This document shows positions 1 through 11,615 of a stretch of 32,127 nt of DNA, one piece after another. The notes below the pieces were generated by a model. The model was not told the origin of the DNA. It saw nothing but the letters and a program-made list of their open reading frames with translations, and did not search any database. Within the stretch, counting starts at the first letter, position 1. Every line of letters starts with the position of its first letter. The position numbers and the translations under genes are program-made. Location: the NCBI GenBank assembly GCA_000934665.2, contig JYFJ02004442.1, positions 1-32,127 of the forward strand, read 5' to 3'. The DNA is from Catajapyx aquilonaris (lineage: Eukaryota).

Positions 1-689
1 ACTTTTGCCACCAGCATTGAGTAATCACTTATTGGCTCCTCCTGAAAAATTGCAAATTGTGGATTGAACTGGTTTTGCTGGCAAACTCCTCAAATATCTT
101 CACGACAAAGTATGAGGCTGTACAATGAGGCTGCACAATGACGGGCAATTCAATTGTAGTCTGTTAGCTTTCGAATTACACAATTTTTTGTCCTCATTGA
201 TTTATATGTGCTGCCTCTCTAATCCAGCATTGCATAAATATTTACAACAAGTCACACAAAGTGAGAAGTGTGGGGTGGATGCTGAGGACATCACCCTGTA
301 CATAATTGAAACTGATTTTGTCCCTTTCTGAACAAAACAATAAGGACGAAACGAGCATCTATCACTTCCAGGTGGGCCATTTCCTATGTCTGTATAACAT
401 CATCAAGAACTGAAGTATAGACCCTAATTTATGACTAATATTGGTCCGAGAGACTTTTAAAATTAAACCAGATTCTAAAGTTACAAATTGCTATGTTGCA
501 AATGACATGCAGCCACGAAATGACAAATCATGACATTAAATGACAGCAGTCAATGAAAACATTACTTCTATTTTCCTAGCGTAATGGCGTTTACCATGCC
601 CACCTCATTTGCAATACATACAGCGGGGAAAGCCAGGAAATACCATTGGTTAATAGAACCTGGTTTCCAGCTTACCAATAAATCAGCAT

Positions 690-796
690 GTACTATATAG
701 CTCAAAAATATAGAGACGATTTTGCATTTGACTCACGTGCAACCTGCACTTGAATCAAATGCAAAATCGTCTCTACGTTTTTGAGCGATATAGTAC
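690..796. mobile_element. Foldback/MITE-like near-perfect palindrome (~52-bp arms, 3-nt loop)
   Basis: Left arm gtactatatagctcaaaaatatagagacgattttgcatttgactcacgtgca matches the reverse complement of the right arm (gtactatatcgctcaaaaacgtagagacgattttgcatttgattcaagtgca) with 5 mismatches; loop is acc. Confidence 0.75.
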
Positions 797-830
797 CATT
801 AAATGCAACACACTCGAACACACAGCTCTT

Positions 831-1012
831 AATGAATCACACTGTAGAGCAGTACAACAAGGAAGAAGATTGTTGCACCAGAGTCAAAATGTGCCATAAA
901 TGCACCACAAATTACAGGTCACATTTTAATGGCGTAAGTTACAGATTGTTTCTGGTTATGGAAACACCAATTTACTCCTCATAAAGACCTAAACTAAACC
1001 ACAGCCTTGGCA
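831..1012 (+). repeat. Diverged direct repeat; copy at ~2823-3012, partial copy at ~7391-7443
   Basis: Collinear shared blocks aatgaatcac...agattgttgcaccag.g.caaaatgt...aattacaggtcacattt...ttctggttat.gaaac. Confidence 0.8.
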
Positions 1013-1943
1013 TGATACTGATGTGAATGTGTAAATGTGAAGGAATAATGTATTTTGTCGTCCACGACCAGGTACGACATGAGTAGCACTGAGGTGAAGT
1101 GGTAGCGGAGATGGGTGGGTGCCCTGCCCCGTCACTGTCATGCTCAGTGAATCCAGACCATTTATAATGCGTATGTCTGCTGTCTGTTTGTTTTTAAAAC
1201 TCTCGAGTCTAGATCTAGACCACTGTAGTTAGATTCACGGAGGACCTTCTTTCTTCCAAGCTGGAAAATCCCCTATTCCTGCATGAATGCTCCGACTCAC
1301 ATATCTGATAAGACCCTGTGGCACCTACTACTATTGAAGAATGAAGTGCCTCACGTAGGACCTCAGCCTCAGTACCACATGAAAACGTCATATACGGATT
1401 TTTTTTTTTTTCATTTCATGTGTAGCAGAATAGAGATGTCTCCCAGTCTTTAAAATCCCTCCAGGACAAGACGCCCCCTGGAGGTAAACGACCAAAGTTA
1501 GAAAAATCATTGAAAGAAGAGTGTTTACGCACTCGACAGTACCTATCCAAAGAAGTATGATAGAGTAATAGATCCTGTGCGTTTCGTAGCGAGGGATTCA
1601 GTATAGAGCGAGTGTATGACGCCTAGTTATTGACCCAGGAAAGGAAACTACTAGGTCATAAGCGGCCCAGGGATAGTGTTAGATATGGGGTGTTAGAAAT
1701 GGGGAAACCGATCTCAACATCGGACTACTGTAAAACCAAGACTTCCACCTCATCTCATACATATATTGAATTTCAATATTTCTGTCACAAGTACAACACT
1801 GCCAGTTTGATTTTAACTCATACAGTACACTCAGGTAACATTGAGTACGGTACAAGAAATGTACAGTGTTTTGACACATTGAGTCATCCAGTGAAGACTT
1901 TTGAGTCTTTAAAGCATAAATCCGCTGGCTGGGTCTTGCAAAG

Positions 1944-2000
1944 TTTCTGGTTCATACCTGGAAGGCAGTTGAGAAGTGTCGTCATTGATGGCTGCCAGAG
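1944..2000 (+). pseudogene. LINE reverse transcriptase fragment
   Basis: Frameshifted SYLEG(R)..SVVIDGCQ resembles the LINE RT motif WFxSYLxGRxQxVVIDG. Confidence 0.5.
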
Positions 2001-2560
2001 AGTCCGGCCAATCGGTCGCTGTCCAATTGCGGAGTCTTCGGAACGAACCCTAAGAGACTGTATCCCAAACAGCTGCAGGAGTTGACAATATCAGCCCCAT
2101 TCGAGCGCGACAAATTCAATGTTGCAGACTAGCAGACACACTAATATATTAATAGCTTGTACGTTTCAGACATATGGTGGCCTCCCAGGTATTGGGCCAC
2201 ATTACATCTCTGACATATAGGTCCACGTGTTCTTCTTGAGATGAGCACAATACCCATCCACTGTGTGAAGTTGTTGATGTTACGCCTGCCTGATGAGATT
2301 GAATAAAATATGTCAATAGTAGTATAATAGAGTTAATGAATAAATATGCCATGTTTTAAAAGAACGCTAGGTCTCCTGTGAGTTTGGGCCACATCGCTTC
2401 ATGCAGCATTCCCCTCTCCATGGAGCACGACCTGAGCACTGGATGGAGGAGAAACACAAATGTTGTAAATTGTGTAAATTGTTAATATGCCATGGATAGG
2501 AGAAAGTTATGGACATAGTGAAAATTCTGTAGTCTTGAGCACAGCCATTCCACAGAGTCC

Positions 2561-2706
2561 AGCAGGGTGAAGGAGAGGTTGATGGATGAGAATGAGCTAA
2601 ACGATATTCTCCTGGGAGACTCGGGGTACAGCTGTACCCGCTATTTGATGACCCCCCATCAGACACATCCTAGAATTTCCCCAAAAGAAACTTACAACAA
2701 GTCCCG
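2561..2706 (+). pseudogene. PIF/Harbinger transposase (HARBI1-like DDE) fragment
   Basis: Open frame SRVKERLMDENELNDILLGDSGYSCTRYLMTPHQTHPRISPKETYNKS contains the LLGDSGY...YLMTP...YN motif of Harbinger nucleases. Confidence 0.85.
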
Positions 2707-2733
2707 TAGCGGAGAGGGCCTTGATGTTCTCAA

Positions 2734-2812
2734 GAAGTAGTTACCAATCACAAATCTTGGACTGCGAACAAAACTGGACAATAAGTCCAAGACTACCTTC
2801 GATGAAGTGGCA
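2734..2812 (+). pseudogene. Ty3/Gypsy RNase H fragment
   Basis: EVVTNHKS...PRL..MKW resembles FxVVTDHKSL...RLxRW. Confidence 0.45.
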
Positions 2813-3470
2813 GTGCCACATAAATGAATCACAGTGTACACAATGTGATCCAACATGGAAGCAGATTGTTGCACCAGGGCCAAAATGTCAATATAAATAG
2901 TCCCCAATAATTACAGGTCACATTTCAACGAAATAACTTAAGTATGTGAATTCTGGTTATAGAAACTCAATTCACTCCTAAACTACACCATCACATGCAT
3001 GATAATGATTAGATGTGATATTAAAACACTTCTGAAACTTCATCACTTCAGCGGGACCTAAAAGGAGAATTGCAAGTGTAAGTGTTCAATGGAGACAGCA
3101 CAAAAGAGGAAGTATTGCTACACAGCTTATTAAATATATTGGCAACAACAGGACGAAGCTCTTCATCCGCATAAAGTGGGGAAGTTTAAGAGGATCTAGC
3201 TCACAATAAAGAGGCATAATTATCTCTTACATTGCAACAGCTCTACAACCTGATTTTCATTTGAACACACAAGGACCATAGCATTGTCATAATATATATG
3301 AATCAAATTAACTATCAATACCTACAGGATCTTTGTTTACTTGAGCTCCCTATGAACTCGATGACGTTTACAGGAACCAGAGACGTGAAACTCTCCATCA
3401 CGTGCAGAGGATTCAAAAGAAACCACCTTTCAAGCAGGCTAGTTGGTACTGACCAACATTAGAATCCAAC

Positions 3471-3533
3471 ATGCCACTGAGGGTTCCTCGACATATTAAA
3501 CGAGCTCCAAAGCCGTACAATGACTTCATATTA
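3471..3533 (+). pseudogene. LTR retrotransposon Pol C-terminal tail fragment
   Basis: PLRVPRHIKRAPKPYNDFIL resembles the typical LRRSxRxxRxPxRYxDFV tail. Confidence 0.45.
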
Positions 3534-4310
3534 CCTCATCTACTAGAGAGGTAACAAGTAACTCGTACAAAAGGACAGCTCTTTGACGAAACCATAGGAA
3601 ATGGTCGTGCAACACAGCCTAGTGAAGGGTGTCTTCAGAGGCATGAGGGAAAGCAGCAGCACAGACATCCAATGTGTGAAAATAAATTCAAACTGTTACA
3701 TTGAAATTGGATTTTACGTAAAATGTACAGAAAACGTATATGGGACACTTAATTGCAAAACGCCAAGAAACCATCATATATGCCCAATAGAAGGTGTTGC
3801 CTGTTGTCCACCCTTAAATTAAACTTAGAATGCTTGTGGGTCATTCGCCATTATATCACATTCTTTATGCCTCTTCTCTGGCACATGAACTTCGCATATG
3901 TCCCTTCAGTATTCAAGTTTGTTCTTTCGTAATCCATAGAAAATGATCTACAGCTAACTTGACGACACGGTCACCCTCCATACCCAGTATGAAATTAACT
4001 CCGTAACTATTCAGGTAAGCAATAATAATATTATTATTACATTGCCAACATGCCATAAAGACCCATAAGTGACTACTAAGACCCATAAGCACTACTCCAA
4101 CCAAAGTCAGGGACAATAACAATCCAAAAGGACATTCGCTGAATCCTCCACAGTCCAATCATATCCACTTAATCATACAAATGGAACATGCATTTTTCTT
4201 CCATTCTCTTAACTCAAACGAGCATGACACTTGAACCAATCGGGAACAAAAACCTGGCTGTCACTACCAATAGTAAAAACTGTACAATAATATTTAAACC
4301 ATGTTAGTTA

Positions 4311-4384
4311 TGCGACAATGGCACCACATCTGCTGCATTTAAAGAATTTAGCTACACTGGTTTGCTTTAATTTTAAAGCATAAA
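4311..4384 (+). pseudogene. Retroviral-type integrase core fragment
   Basis: CDNGTTSAAFKEF...NFKH resembles SDNGxQFTSxEFKEF...WxFKH. Confidence 0.6.
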
Positions 4385-5279
4385 AAATTCAGGAGAAGAG
4401 AAAATCAAATTCTCATCCAGACGAGCTCATCCTAGTAAGAGGCTCAGCCACAACCAGGCGAGGGATACTTTTATATTGCAAGAATTATATTGCCGTACAC
4501 ATTGGACGTGACTTCTGAGAAAGTTTTCTGCAGCCGTGTATGTAGCATCACTGGAGATTGTTATAAAACAATGAACATATCAGTGACTGAGAGCAGTGTT
4601 CGGCCAACCTCCCAACCACACAACGAGAAACAGGAATAAAGTGTAACTAACAACAAAGTGTTCCTATCTATATTTACACTGCAGTCATGCACAACAATAC
4701 TTATTATTACAGAGTCACTATTGGAATACAGCATCAGTGATAATTATATTCATTGGACCACAAAACAGGCACGTTTAATAACATCTAATCCGTGAATATA
4801 TTGTGTCCGTGATCAAATGCTACAGAGTAATGGCCTATGTGAAGTATCTCCCTATGCGACTCATTACTCTGATATCAGGTAATTCATTGCAGCAGATAGC
4901 CTAGACTTCGTAAATATAACCCTTTCCAATAAAGTTATCATGCCGAACAACTTCGCATGGCAGGGGATGGGAGTGGTGCAAGAAAGACATTTCATACAGT
5001 GTCGTCCATACCAAAGAAACCAATGCTCAAGTAATAGTGTGCTTGACAGTTACCCTTACATTAATAGAATGTGATTCCATGACTTTATAATGGAGCTGTC
5101 TAGATTCCATTCTAGTTAAGACACAATGACGACGTGTGGTAACCCTTTCCCAACCAACCATATTACCTGCTGTACGGCCATCTCCTCCCTCTCCCTGCCT
5201 GCTGCATCCATGCCCTGGGCCGGCCCCTGGGCAGAGAGAGAGACTGGAGCAGAGACCAACACATCTTCCCTTCATTCTA

Positions 5280-5600
5280 CTCAACAGACGCCATCATTTC
5301 TGGTCACTACACGGCACACACACTTCAAAGTCAACTGGCGTCCTATTGGTCCAGTCACATCACACATTAGGACCAATCAGACGCCAGGAGTGCACATACA
5401 ATCGCGCAGTGTAAAAGCCAGGATTGGAATTTACACGATCCAGTACCTGCATGCTGATTGGTCAGATTTGTTGAATGGCTGGCAGTCATTGGCGGACTGT
5501 GCGCATGCGCAGTGATTGGGCGGGGGGATATGATTGGAATGTAGGCGGAACTGTTAGGGCGGGAAATTCAATATTCAATAATGACTATAAATATGGCGGA
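5280..5600. promoter_or_regulatory. CpG-rich promoter-like island
   Basis: Multiple ATTGG/CCAAT boxes (5345, 5373, 5423, 5457, 5488, 5515, 5533); NRF1-type TGCGCATGCGCA (5500-5511); GGGCGG boxes; E2F/CHR-like GGCGGGAAATTCAA (5558-5571); TATAAATA (5586); YY1-like ATGGCG. Confidence 0.6.
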
Positions 5601-5980
5601 ATCACAAAACTTAATTATGCTATAATTGGACATTAACACACCAAATATGATTGCAGAAAGTACCAATAAGTGATGCCCAAATACCCGGAAAATACAGTAT
5701 TAGCTCCATTCTCACTGCAAAGCAGGTGGACAGGACGTAAAAGCATCTATTGGGCTTCTGATTTTCTCCGGTGGACAAGTGACTAATCACCAGCACAGTG
5801 AATAGCTTTTTTTTTTTTACAAGTGAGGAGATGCATGTGAGTGGTATGATTAAAGGTTCCCTCTCAGACCATTCCAAGTTACTCTCAAAATGGGCAATCA
5901 ATGTAGGGACAATGGAGGGACAATAGGCCACAATGAGACTTGGGAAGACGTGGATGCTGCCGCCCCCTTTTGAACCATAC

Positions 5981-6129
5981 ACTTAAACTTTCTTCCAACA
6001 ACATTATTTCTGATAGACAGACTAAGCAAGTGGGCTGACACTGAGTCAAATGAATTATTTCCAAAAACGCGAGCGGGCTTCGGAAAGAACAAGTCATGCA
6101 CGGATTTATTATTCATATTGAACACATTA
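5981..6129 (+). pseudogene. LINE RT domain-2 fragment, interrupted by a SINE
   Basis: LIDRLSKWADTESNELFPKTRAGFGKNKSCTDLLFILNTL resembles RLxxWAE.N.LLPExQAGFRKNRSCxDxIFxL. Confidence 0.8.
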
Positions 6130-6138
6130 CACATTACC

Positions 6139-6408
6139 AGGGCGACACGGTGGCGGAGTGGTTAGCGCCGCAGCCTTCCACCTCTAAGGTCCCGAGTTCG
6201 ATCCCCGGGTCGGACGGAGGATACTTATGTGGATAGAGTTTCGATGGGTTCTCTCCGTGTTCGCGTGGGTTTTCTCGGGGTTCTCCCGTTTCCTCCCACT
6301 ATCAAAATCCATCACATTTCAGGCAAATGATTAAAGTCGGTAATTCAAAAGATGATCCCCTAAGAGGCCCAAGGGGCCTATCACGGGGTATCCATTATTA
6401 TTATTATT
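6139..6408 (+). mobile_element. tRNA-derived SINE with V-SINE-type core, (ATT)n tail and 13-bp TSD
   Basis: A-box TGGCGGAGTGG; B-box GAGTTCGATCCC; V-domain-like gttctctccgtgttcgcgtgggttttctcggggttctcccgtttcctcccac; tail attattattatt; TSD attacacattacc at 6126-6138 and 6409-6421. Confidence 0.9.
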
Positions 6409-6431
6409 ATTACACATTACCGCAAACTAAC

Positions 6432-6538
6432 CATTGGAAATTTCCAGTTGTAACCAACCAACATGCATTGCAGATGCCGCCATCCTTGACAAATGAAACG
6501 GTGGAGAATACGAAAATCCTGAAGGACACCTCGCAGAG
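6432..6538 (+). pseudogene. Ty3/Gypsy RNase H fragment
   Basis: KFPVVTNQHALQ...ENPEGHLA resembles KFTVVTDHHALQWL...KDPxGRLARW. Confidence 0.65.
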
Positions 6539-7732
6539 AAAGAGAGTGACCTTATCAACAGCTGGAGTGAACCACCAAATCACAACACCTCAGAAGAGTC
6601 TCTGTATCTATCGACAGACTTCGCGTTGTTGCAGCCTGCAGGTCGATGATTATTATGTCTCGATGAGTGACCACCGTATAGAGTGGGGAAGCCGGAAAAT
6701 AAGTGGCTCCTCCTATGCGAAATACACTGAAAGAATGAAGAAGTACAGTATAAATATATTTCCCTTCTTCCTGTAAGTTAATAGTCAGGATTATTGCATC
6801 CACGACCTACAGCCAGTGAGACTGATTATCTATGCAGCTACGACTCAAGTATGTGAGTATACCTCATCCACAATAATGAACGTACCAATGTTTTACGTCA
6901 AGCCTCCCAAAGGCGTTTGGTGATATTATGTCACGCGGTGGGTATAGTATCAGTAGCAAATGATGTAGGTACGACCGACTAGAATGTGGAGTATCCCTTC
7001 TAAAAAAGAGCTCGTCACGGAGGCAGTGATATCTTGTGGCGTGAGAAATACACATCCATACGACACGTCCTACTATAGTGTTGCTTGAAGATCATTACGG
7101 ACTGCAAGTTGTCGGGAACAGTCGGTCTAACTGGCTGACTTACAATGACACTACGCGACGGCTGCTAAGGGAAGGAAGAGACAGACGAGAATGAGACAAA
7201 AGAGGGAAGAGGCAGACGGACGGCCTTGCGACAATTTCACGGTCCATGAGACAGAATGGTATGGCCCCCACGTCACAACCAATACTGCCAATAAAAGTAA
7301 TGAAACCAAAGCAAGGCTCCTGAGATTACATCATCACAAATTGGGCTTTATATTGTTATCCATAATAATTGAAGTGCATATATTAATGAGTCTGATTATA
7401 TAGAAACTCAGTTTATTCCTAAGGGAAACCACAGGTTTGGTCATATCGTTAATAAACCTGATCGTGAACTCCCAGTGCATATGGTGTGCAGGTTACAAAT
7501 CTTCTTGGCCTGACTTGGACTATTGCACACTTTACAATATTGCCTCACCCCTTTAATATTCATCATGTTTTATAAAAATGTGACATGAAAAAGTGGTAGA
7601 AACTGCTGAGGGGGTTAATATTTTTGCATCATTACTTCCGTGTCACAACAAACACAATCAAGGAATGAATGAGAGCGTCTGTCATAGGAGCTAAAAGTGG
7701 CCTAAGCCAACCGTGTCAAAAGCACGACGCGA

Positions 7733-7772
7733 TGGTCCAAGCCAGAAGGCAATAGTAATTGGCAGCACCCAC
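7733..7772 (+). pseudogene. LINE RT fragment (post-YADD)
   Basis: GPSQKAIVIGSTH resembles NPSKTQAIIIGS. Confidence 0.4.
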
Positions 7773-9042
7773 ATTTGGAAGAAATATTTTCCTGATGCCT
7801 CACGTGTCGCACGCTGCTCACGAGTTTCCTCTTTTCAGCTCTACACATTTTTAGCCTGCGTGCTGTGGCATCGTCGCACCAATAATTCATGCTCACAGCC
7901 CTCTTTTGGTCATGTGATGTGAATTTCCTCTTTAGCCCGTTGTAAATACGGTATAATAATCTGCTGTGGGACAGTTGGGCATGCTAGAATTAATATTGTG
8001 GATTGCGATTGCAATCCTGCCTGCCTGTTGGACTGTGTCCTTAAGTGATTCCGTTATTTCTTGTGACCTCTTATTATTACAGGCCTGCAAGTAGTTGGTC
8101 TCCAAGCACTGGACCCAGCTTCACCAGATACTCTACTGTACAGGGATGTGATGCTGCAGTGTGTTCTGGTACACTGGAGTGTCCTTTTGCTGTCAATGTA
8201 TGCTCCTCTTGTTTCGTGAAGTCATCTCCATTTATGCACGCAGTGACATGAGAACTGCCTCCTCCATCCTTATTTGCCGCTGACAGCGTAGTGTTAATAA
8301 TAATCAAGGAGTACAGCAAAAGTCTATTTCCTTCATCCTGTAGCATGATAAAAGGTTATTATTACACAAAATAAAACTGGAAACGCTGCAATGAAGGAAT
8401 TCTGCCAATGAAGAGTAACAGCTTCTATTTGCACAGTCTAGTGCATTGCGCTTACTGAATAAAATCATTGCTGTTGATTACAAAACCACAAGCAGGATAC
8501 ACAATACCTAAAACCATTCATATAAAAAATGCAATAAGTTTGACCTGATGTAACAAAATGTCTTTCATCATCAAGATCCCACCCTCCCAAAGAACTATTT
8601 CCTTTCCAATTTCAATCTCCGGCATAATATTATGGGGATCAAGAATGGTGACAATTATTAGATTTGGTAGGCAGACTGGCGAATTAGGAAATTAGTACGT
8701 AAATATACAAAATGGTTAACTCTGCTGTCCACAGCCAGAAAAACACGTACATCTATGGTGAACGAGCGACCATAGCGACATGCTCTAGGAATCGAGTCAC
8801 TACACCTGTTGAATATCTCCCGGTATCTCCGGCAAGGGACGACACATTGAGACTGAAGGATCCTCCATATGTACCATTGAAAACTGAAGAACATCTCAAG
8901 TGTCACGTGTGCCTTTCCACCTACTAGTCTTCACAGCATGAAACTCATGAGCGAGGCTGTAGTTGACAAAACTAGGCTGCCACACAAGACAAGGCATGAT
9001 TTGATTGTAGCAATATAACTGTAGTATGTTCAGGTTATTTTT

Positions 9043-9124
9043 TCCATTCACCTCGAACTTCTACCGGAGTCAAGTAGAAAATTCTTCAATGAGAGGAGTG
9101 TCTGATACAGTAATATGCCCTGAT
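9043..9124 (+). pseudogene. BEL/Pao integrase fragment
   Basis: SIHLELLPE..RKFFN/RGVSDTVICPD (frameshifted, internally deleted) resembles AVHLELVxDL...RRFxxRRGxPxxIYSDN. Confidence 0.6.
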
Positions 9125-9997
9125 ATGATTATTACCTGGATTGATACCTGGAGACTTATTGCTACGACAAGATACACCGGCACGTTATGAATACCAATAC
9201 TATTAATAATATAAAATCTTCCGCAACATGATGGATTCTCATGGAAACCTGGTTAGCAATGGATTGGGCGATGTGTCGGTATAACAAATCGCGACTGAAT
9301 TTGTCCCATCAACAACAGCGGAATAAGAGTTTTCCAGGAGAGCAGACGGCAATGAAGGTCATATAACGACGAGGCCAATGATACTTGTGAGACCAACGAA
9401 CAGAATGGGATGATGTGTTCAGAAACTTCGTTTAGATAACATTTCAATAACTGGCACACAACTGAACCAATCATTTTTGAAGGAGAATTTGATGATTGTA
9501 CAAAGCCCCTATTGTTTTGTTTTTTTGTTTTGCAAGGGAAGTGTATACAAACCTGTTCTCCCCAGTTTACTTGAGCATCGTCCATTTCTTCATGAAGGAT
9601 AATCGTCTCCATGTCCTTTGATATAGAAGCTGACCATCATGACACTTCCCACTAGGAATTTCATTCATACAATATAATTATATGTACTGTATTTTAAAAT
9701 ATTATCTTGCTACAGTAATATAACACACAATAGTCAAGGCGCATTTCTCGGCGTGAGGGTCCAAAATGGATGTTACTGTAGTAATTAACCAGAAACCAGA
9801 ATTCTTTAGGGATCACTGTCACTTTCTCCATCACAAACCTTTTCCAGGATTATCAAACCAGTACGTATAGGTTAAAAATTATACCGACACAAAAGGTCCA
9901 CATTGCATAAAGCATGCCAAAGCTTACATCTACAGGTCTCAAGGAACAAGCCACATGCAGGCCAACCATACCTGAATTATCTCCTCTCTCCATATTA

Positions 9998-10255
9998 TGT
10001 AACAAACGCACTGTCTTCAATATCAATGTTACGTGCCTTATCGACATTCATGGTAGAATGATGCCAGGATAGAACAAGCGAGAAAGTGTAACATCCAGAA
10101 CTACAGTAGGTATATAATTTAAACCACGTCTTCGTAGATAATAATAATCCTTCAAGGCTATTGGTATAAATCATGAAAAAAGGAGAGATTCACGTCCACC
10201 TAAGAGGAACTACAGGATTTGTGCATGACCGTGTTGAAACAAGGAAAACTGGGAA
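9998..10255 (+). repeat. Direct repeat; copy at ~27835-28085
   Basis: Shared aacgcactgtcttcaatat...caggatagaacaag...tatataatttaaa...cacctaagaggaactacagga.ttgtgcatgacc. Confidence 0.9.
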
Positions 10256-10274
10256 AACTGTGTATTCAGTATGA

Positions 10275-10490
10275 AAATAAACGAACTGACAGTGTGAAAA
10301 ACAACAAGTGCAGTCAGTTGCGTTGCATTGCATCAACAGAGGACTGACCGTGGCTAAAATGGCCTCTAGATGGTAGCTGAATGTCAATTACGACTGTTGT
10401 CGTGATCACCTTGAGAAGAAGCCTATGAAACACCACACCGCTGCTATTTGAACCCATGTTAGGCTATAAATCATAGACGAAGAAATAGTA
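10275..10490 (+). repeat. Four-copy diverged block; others at ~15555-15750, ~23915-24180, ~26050-26265
   Basis: Shared taaaatgg...g(a)ttgtcaa..cgact...acaccacacc; the later three copies also share gtcgattttaac...gtgtgccacttc...gtgtcaaaacgtctg. Confidence 0.75.
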
Positions 10491-10541
10491 AAAGTGGAAA
10501 AGCCGCACAGTAAATTCTGAATGCTGCTCTAACAGAGTCAC

Positions 10542-10589
10542 AATAGTACACCTAGCGAAATGCATACTGGCCGCATAAAGACAAATCTA
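10542..10589 (+). pseudogene. Gypsy integrase C-terminal-core fragment
   Basis: NSTPSEMHTGRIKTNL resembles TPAELxxGRxLRTxL. Confidence 0.45.
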
Positions 10590-10988
10590 CACACATCTAC
10601 CTGGGTACACTACCCAGTGAATCACCCTGCACAACATGCTGCCTACCAGAAGAGAAACACCGGACCCTTTACAGGCGTCCATAAAAATCATGCCACACTA
10701 GGTGTAATTATAGTATACGTTAAAGAGAAAGAATTGTAGCATCAAAAATGACAAAAAGAAACAAACCAGGTCACCATTACAAGATATCCAAACCGAATCA
10801 ACTGGCAAAAGATGATGAAATTAGAGATTTGAACCTCACCATGCACCATTTACCTTCCTCCTTGACCTCTAGAGGAAGGTCAGGGGGTTGGAAGGGCAGT
10901 CAGTGGGACAGCCCAAAGGGGGCCAGAATGAGAAGAGAACAGACACATCTCAAAAGGAATGAAGGCAACCAAGTGAATAGGGAGGAGA

Positions 10989-11011
10989 AGAGAGAGAGAG
11001 AGAGAGAGAGG
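10989..11011 (+). repeat. (GA)n microsatellite
   Basis: agagagagagagagagagagag run. Confidence 0.9.
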
Positions 11012-11059
11012 AAGACGATGCATTCAGGCTGCGCAGATGGCCGCAAACTGATTCGCATT

Positions 11060-11355
11060 TGGGTTGGATGTCGTCACTGTATGCGTTCAGTTAATTGCAT
11101 CCAAGTAAGCAGGTGGCATTACTTTTGCACTTTTGCAAGACACTCGTCGACATGACCTAGTTATCAGTCCGTGTAGTAGAGCAATGTTAAATATTGGCAA
11201 ACAATTCTGGACCTCACAAGCGTCATTATCAGGGAGAGTTTTTTAACGAAAATTGCTTCCGGTTTCTCATAACCTAATTTCAGAACGCAACTCAAAGATG
11301 ACCTCGTGACGTCACCCATGTTGCCGGATCTGTGGAGGCGGTAAATACAGTGTTG
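11060..11355 (+). repeat. Diverged regulatory-like block; copy at ~24520-24778
   Basis: Shared tgcgttc.g.taattgca...agtaagcaggtg...aagcgtcattatc...ctcaaagatg...tcgtgacgtca...taaatacagtg; both copies keep a CRE palindrome TGACGTCA. Confidence 0.75.
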
Positions 11356-11574
11356 TTGAGTATTATTTCGTATTATTCACTGTACAGTACAAGTGCACAG
11401 CTGCACCTGACGAATTGACCTTTACAGCAACAGGCTCACAGAGGGAAGAGAGGTGTTTCTCAAATCATGGGCCGGACATTCAGCAGACTGCGACTGACCT
11501 GCTCCAAGGGATATATGATGGAAAAACAGGACGCCCAAATTAAGATATCACTGTACGTATGTAACATCCACAAT

Positions 11575-11615
11575 TTCAAACATGGGTATTGTGCCCAAAA
11601 GGAGTACCAGACAAC
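11575..11615 (+). pseudogene. LINE RT fragment
   Basis: With one frameshift, KHG(F)VPKRST resembles QHGFVPKRST. Confidence 0.45.

Noticed and set aside
6139..6215. Stand-alone tRNA gene
   Set aside because: The A and B boxes continue into a SINE core and (ATT)n tail bounded by a TSD.
7608..7632. Tc1-like TIR end gggggttaatatttttgca
   Set aside because: No partner TIR or terminal CACTG-TA found.
8890..8962. C2H2-like remnant LKCHVCLSTY*SSQHETHERGC (possibly Maverick/Polinton-like)
   Set aside because: Too short and degenerate to assign; kept only as a hint.
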